A DNA stretch of 57,965 nucleotides, taken from Octopus bimaculoides. Its lineage: Eukaryota. The stretch spans positions 52,665,262-52,723,226 of the forward strand of contig NC_068995.1 of NCBI RefSeq assembly GCF_001194135.2, given 5' to 3'. A program made the position numbers and the translations under genes. Below, one piece after another: positions 52,201 through 57,965 of this stretch (the stretch's first letter is position 1; each line of letters begins with the position of its first letter). The notes beneath the pieces were generated by a model. That model saw only the letters and a program-made list of their open reading frames with translations. It made no database searches and was not told the DNA's origin.

Positions 52201-52515
52201 ACTGGCAGCACCTGTGCTAGTGCACTTGTGATAGCAGTACCTGTGCTAGTGGCACCTGTGTTGGTGGCAACTGTGCTAGTGCACTTGTGATAGCGGTACC
52301 TGTGCTAGTGGCACCTGTTTTGGTGGCAACTGTGCTGGCGGTATGTAAAAGCACCCATTACACTCTTGGGGTGGTCAGCATTAGGAAGGCGATCCAGCCA
52401 TAGAAACCAAGTCAAATCAGACTGAAGTCTGGTGCAGCCTGCTAGCTCTGGTCAAACTGTCCAACCTATGCCAGCATGGACGACGGACGTTAAATGATGA
52501 TGATGATGATGATGA
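52201..52515 (+). mobile_element. RTE-LINE 3' end with an internal minisatellite
   Basis: Same 3'UTR core and GACGTTAAATGATGATG tail as 44685-45041. Confidence 0.7.
52212..52329. repeat. Minisatellite: 2 x 59-bp higher-order unit built from 14-15-bp subunits
   Basis: 52212-52270 versus 52271-52329 are 57/59 identical; subunit consensus CTGTGCTAGTGGCAC. Confidence 0.9.
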
Positions 52516-52927
52516 TAATATATGTATGTATGTATAACCCACACCGTTGCAAGTGTATATACTACACTGACTACATCTGTGTGTATAATACACATACACA
52601 TGATAGCAGAAGATTAATAAAGAAATTTGATTTGATTCTTATCTGATTCTATCCCAAACTAAGTTCTATTATGGAACAGAATATCTTTGGGTTGACTGTT
52701 CCATCAGGGTGCCAGACAAATGGTATATTGTGGCGGCGGTGGCAGTAGTTTTAGTGATGGTGTTTACTGTAGTAGTGGCGATGGTTATAGTAATGATGAT
52801 AGTGGTGGTGGTGGTGGTAAGTAGCGATGATGGATGTGGTGATTATTGGCGAAAGGAGGAAAGCAGTGGAGAGAAACTAATTTGAGAAGGAGAGTGATAG
52901 AGTGAGAAGAGAATTGTAGAAAGAACC

Positions 52928-52959
<32 letters not shown>

Positions 52960-53558
52960 GGAAAGTGATTTGATAAATCTGGCTTATTGAATAAACCATA
53001 AACTAGATTTCCTCATGACCTTCTAGGAAGCATGGAAGAAGACATTTAATGAAATTATGTTCTCCGAGTCCTTAATCAATGGCCATTACATTATCAAATA
53101 TTACAGGGTTTTCTGGGGCACTAACTTGCCCCACTCATTTTTTTTTCTTTCTTTTTACATCTTAGGGAGTTGGGAGGGAAACTGTTAAAATGGAGAACCA
53201 CATAAAAAAAAAAAATCCCTTCTTTTTTCTGTATTCTGTCCATTTTGTTTTACTATAGGTTAATCATGGGATGTGAAAATAGAGACCATCTCTCACATAA
53301 AGAATCTCATAAACAAAGAACCCCCTTCTTTTAGCTGGATTCTGTCCATTTTTATTTTACCATAAGTTAATCATGGAAGGAGAAAATAGGAACCATGTCC
53401 CTTTCAGGTCATCCCTAGTTCAAGTGATGTGTTTGATGATGATGATGATGCTGACCAGTATGAACATCTGTCAGTCAACAAGAAAGTTGGATGAAAAGTT
53501 TATGACCGCAAGTTCAATCCCCCTTCATGCCTCTTTGATGTGTTCTACACACCACTGC

Positions 53559-53606
<48 letters not shown>

Positions 53607-53629
53607 CACAGTACCACACATGCTTCAGC

Positions 53630-53667
<38 letters not shown>

Positions 53668-53809
53668 CTCTTACTCTTTTACTCTTTTCAGTCACCTTGT
53701 AAAATTCGTTTGACTAAAATTCTTCAAGGCAGTGCCCCAACATGGCTGCAGTCCAATGAGTGAAACACGTACAAGATAAAAAGATGTAAAAAAACACAAT
53801 AATACTCAC

Positions 53810-54076
53810 AATAGATATTTAACTGTTTGGTAACCGTCTTCTTCCATTTGTGAAACATGGCAGTGCATACACAGTCCGTTCCGTGCAAATGTCGAGTGAG
53901 AAAGAAAAATAATGCACATGCTTGTTTGCCTGAGCTGTTCACACCACCACATGTGAGTTGTACTCTTGGAGCTGGTTGGGATCCAATCCAGCTACATGCT
54001 ACTGTTAATGTAGTATTTTCAGTTTCTGGTCTGTCCGTTTCAAACCCTTCTATTAGGATTTTACCACGTGGAATAT
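53810..54076 (-). CDS. IgSF exon A: atypical Cys-rich Ig-like domain (xIPRGKILIEG...TLTVACSWIGSQPAPRVQLTC...TDCVCTAMF...KQLNIY)
   Basis: Acceptor (T)n-CCAG with AG at 54078-54077; donor GTGAGT from 53809; 267 bp open frame; Ig-type B- and F-strand Cys spacing; N-glycosylation sequons NTT and NSS. Confidence 0.82.
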
Positions 54077-54150
54077 CTGGAAAAAAAAAAAAGGACACAA
54101 AAATGATTTGATAATAATGATAATGATAAATAATAATAATAATAATAATA

Positions 54151-54302
54151 ATCATCATCGTTTAACGTCCGCTTTCCATGCTAGCATGGGTTGGATGATT
54201 TGACTGAGGACTGGTGAACCAGATGGCTACACCAGGCTCCAATCTGATTTGGCAGAGTTTCTACAGCTGGATGCCCTTTCTAACGCCAACCACTCCAAGA
54301 GT
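54151..54302 (-). mobile_element. Young RTE 3'-end fragment
   Basis: Near-identical to 41528-41670; preceded by a (CAT)n tail. Confidence 0.75.
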
Positions 54303-54324
54303 GGCATTAATAATAATAATGATA

Positions 54325-54480
54325 ATAATAATGATGATGATGATAATGATGCTAATAATGATAATAATAATGCTTTCAACTAAAGGTACCAGGCCTGAAA
54401 TTGGGGGGTGGAGGGGGATAGTTAATTACATTGACTTCAGTACTCAACTGGTACTTAATTTATTGACCCAGAAAGGATGT
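54325..54480 (-). mobile_element. SINE family B, 3' part
   Basis: GAAATTGGGGGG..GATAGTTAATTACATTGAC..CAGTACTCAACTGGTACTTA..GACCCAGAAAGGATG. Confidence 0.65.
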
Positions 54481-54636
54481 TTTCCTAAGCATTCTCTAGA
54501 ACAATACTTATGTGCAAAACCAAATATATGACACCCTAGGCATAACACCAACACAAACTTCTAACTTGTTGTCTCTTGAGATCTCTGGTTGAGACTTGGA
54601 GCCAACTTGTACAAATACAAAGCAAAAGCCAAACAC

Positions 54637-54686
<50 letters not shown>

Positions 54687-54971
54687 TATGTGAATGTTAG
54701 TATGTGTGATTATTACGTACCTTGCTTTGTACCTTAATTATATATAGAATACCACAATTAACCGTCATGACTGATGGCACGTGGTCAGCTAGTAATTAAG
54801 GATATTTAATTAATACAAATGGAGATTTAACAAATTTGAACGAGTGAGAAACTGGGATCAGCTTTGGGTGCACAAAATGAATGACACTGTTTGTATGATT
54901 GTGAAACTCCCTTTGGAACTATCATACAATGTCAAAACAGGGGGACACAAGCACACTTACACACACACACA

Positions 54972-55135
54972 AGGCTTTTTTGAGTTGCCATATCTCAAAT
55001 CCACTTGGAAGGCTTTGGCTGACCCAGGGCTATAGGAAAAAAAACACTTGCCCAAGGTGCCATAAAGTGAGACTGAACCTAGAAGCACGGGGTTACAAAG
55101 CAAGCTTCTTAACCACACAGCCATCCCAGCCTCTG
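54972..55135 (-). mobile_element. SINE family A, diverged 5' half
   Basis: CACTTGCCCAAGGTGCC...GCAAGCTTCTTAACCACACAGCC. Confidence 0.75.
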
Positions 55136-56375
55136 TTTGAAACTTGAGCAGAATCTGAACTCAGACAATCAAACTTTGAAAATTATCCCCTGCTCATTAG
55201 TTATTCTGTCTTCGTTTGAGTTGAATATCGAAAAGGTAAGTCCCATGGTGATTAATAACTTTGGTTTGTTGAAGGAATTCCTTTTCCACATGATGGAATG
55301 AGCAAATTCGGTTGTAAGGTGGGGCGGATTTCATTGATGTATGGAAGAACAATATAATTATGAATGTATGAGTTTGCGTGCATGTATGTATGATGTGATT
55401 GATTGATCTCACTGTCTATCCCCCTATCTTTCTACCTCTCTGATCTCTCTCTCTTATATATACATACATACATACATATACACGTACCTATATACAAACA
55501 CACATAAGCCTACACAAGCACACATCAAATTCTCTTGATATCTCGAAGATTCCAAGATATCGCATGATATAATTCATCAGAGTCAGGAATATGACTTTGA
55601 TCAATGCAACACTGGTATATATCATTGTTATGTGCTTCTACTGCAATGATATAATATATCCATCTCATAGTCTCATTGATATATTACAGAATAAAAACGA
55701 AATTGGTACAAAGCCAGCATTCTATTGTTACAACATGCTTAGCTGTTTACAGTAAATATGAACTCAACATATAACCAACTGCTTATCTATCGTATCTTCC
55801 AGCATCGAGGACACTTATTTATTTATTAATTTATCAATTTTTTTCCCCCTCAAAAAATACATATTGGAAATTTACTGTGTGTCCTGCAGGATGAAGGTTA
55901 TATTGTTCATCAACCAATTTTAACCCCAAAGGACTATTATCTATGCTAAATTTAATGTTTATCCATACTGCAAAAGCAAAAGATAACATGCAGACTGTAT
56001 GTGATCAATAAGATCTATATGCCATTAAGCTTGCTAAACCATAAATGAAGAATCTTGGTTAAAGTATACAAAAGTTTTGAGATTTTGTCATTTATTTTGT
56101 TTCTCTTTTTTTTTTTAAAAAAGAAATTTCTGAATAAAAATGAGGTTGGGTCTTCGATAGAGAAAAGTCCTTGATGCTGGAAAATACAGTAGGTAGATAA
56201 AAATCGTGGAAATAAGATGGGTGTGGCTGGAATGATTTTGATCCTAGGTTCGCTCAGCCAGGGTTGACCTAGGGTTAAACAATAACCAGAACAACAGGCT
56301 TCACATATACTGCATGGTTGAATGGTTTCATTATAGGTGGGGTGAACCAATGAAAAAAGAAAAGAACACTCAACC

Positions 56376-56531
56376 GTGGCTGTGCGGTAAGTAGCTTGCT
56401 TGCCTATAACCACATGGTTATAAGTTCAGTCCCACTGCATGGTACCATGGACAAGTGTCGTCTACTATAGCCTTGGGCCAACCAAAGCTTTGTGAGTAGA
56501 TTTGGTAAATGGAAACTGAAAGAAGCTTATC

Positions 56532-56625
<94 letters not shown>

Positions 56626-56760
56626 GTGCATACATACATCTATGTGTGTGTCTTTGTTCCCCACCACTGCTTGACAACCCATGACTCAGCTGTTCGAACG
56701 AATAAGAACCAGGCTTAAAAACATAAGTATTGAGGTGGATTCATTTGACTAAAATACTTC
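56376..56760 (+). mobile_element. SINE family A, degraded full-length copy with an internal (TA)n
   Basis: Same head, body, (TA)n and 3'-half order as 41701-42103. Confidence 0.8.
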
Positions 56761-56921
56761 ACACAATTACATGTATACATACATACACACACACACACAC
56801 GTATATACACATGTATGCATATATATCTGTATACATATATATGCAACCATGCACATAGACACACTCACATGCACAAACACATACGCACAAATATGTGTGT
56901 GTATATGTGTGTATGTGTTTA

Positions 56922-57002
<81 letters not shown>

Positions 57003-57965
57003 GAAATGCAAGAAAATAAAAATCTAATAAATGCCATCTTTGGAAAATAGATGGAATACAATCTCATAAAATGCAAACAAAACTGATGGTCGGTATTTGA
57101 AACCATGACTACAGAGTTATTATTCCAGTACCATTAACAATATTAGGTTTTTCTTCATTTTTTTTTTTTTTTGCTTCCTTAATCTGAAGAACAAGTTAGA
57201 AACAAAATCTCTTTCGGAAGTAATCTGGTTGTTGTCTTCTGTCTTGTTGATAAGAAAAATATTTTAAGTATGACAGAATGTCTATAAAAGTCAAATTTTA
57301 AAGATCCACTATTTGGATTTGGTTTGTTCTGTTGTTCCATTGTTGTTGTTGTACTTTACAAGCATTCACTGATCTCCAGACCAATGTTCTGTTAGAATAT
57401 ATATTAAAGAATTTGGCTGGATTTGAAGACACAGAAAGACTAAAATACATGGCGTCACAGAAAACATTCTTTCTTCTTTTTTCCCCCGTTGTGTCTAGAG
57501 TAATATCTAAAGTCAATAATTAAACTTTATTGCAGCAATTTCCTATGTTTTATTTAGTCAAGGGAATTCTTTTTATTTACCATTCATTTATCTATTTTTC
57601 TAGAAAATTTACCAATAACGCCTGATACTAAACCATAGATAAGAAATGACTAAAAGTTTCTACATCTAATGTCAGTGTAATATGATTATAACATGAAATT
57701 TGATTACCAATTTTAGCATCATCATGTGATATCACTTGTATTTATCATTATTATTATTATTATTATTAATTATTATTATTATTATTATTATCTCATTATT
57801 TTCATTCAATGCAGAATAAGGAAAAGATAATTCTTGCTGAAAATTATAATAGATTGTACATTGATTGCATATGATAGGACTTAATTCTTATCTGTTGCAG
57901 AAATAGCCATCTTGACAAGCTTTTTTTTATGCTAAAAATGGTCAAAATAGTTTTACCCCCCCCCC

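Larger units (their letters stand above)
16619..54076 (-). other. Partial multi-exon IgSF cell-adhesion/receptor gene (nephrin/Sidestep-like), 4 Ig exons found; 5' and 3' ends not located
   Basis: Four exons of 267, 282, 282 and 279 bp, all multiples of 3 and all phase 1-1, with canonical acceptors and donors. They splice into a stop-free 370-codon frame of tandem Ig domains; the junction codons T|AT and T|AC give Tyr, as in the usual ...V-x-Y-x-P Ig linker. Introns are about 14.4, 12.7 and 9.2 kb. Confidence 0.9.

Noticed and set aside
52212-52336. Regularly spaced short repeats considered as a CRISPR-like array
   Set aside because: No unique spacers, eukaryotic context and embedded in a retroelement; it is a minisatellite.
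55197-55412. Unique-looking segment with a plus-strand AAG/GTAAGT donor and a minus-strand LPYINE peptide
   Set aside because: No consistent exon with acceptor, donor and domain similarity in any frame.
57298-57523. Candidate upstream Ig exon (contains SSNPA)
   Set aside because: The phase-1 reading from the best acceptor hits a stop within 7 codons, and there is no Ig Cys/Trp pattern.

Overview
AT-rich, microsatellite- and retroposon-dense animal genomic DNA from a draft scaffold with about 12 N-gaps. The repeat repertoire matches what I recall from coleoid cephalopods (Octopus-like); this is an inference from memory, not a database result. The only convincing host gene is on the minus strand: four phase-1/phase-1 exons (53810-54076, 39111-39392, 26092-26373, 16619-16897) with canonical AG/GT sites that splice in frame into four consecutive Ig-like domains of a nephrin/Sidestep-like IgSF cell-surface protein. 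Its 5' and 3' exons were not found. The rest is intronic or intergenic: many tRNA-derived SINE copies (at least two families), RTE-LINE ORF2 and 3'-end fragments, degraded Dong/R4-type RLE-LINE fragments, Penelope-like (PLE) terminal sequence, Tc1/mariner ends, a 165-bp fold-back MITE and simple repeats. The most unusual object is a roughly 335-bp composite at 12268-12602: a palindromic tRNA-like Pol III head, an (AAT)n spacer, a near-canonical minimal type I hammerhead ribozyme in the sense orientation, and a 3' hairpin. Almost all other ORFs in the supplied track are microsatellite or N-gap artefacts.
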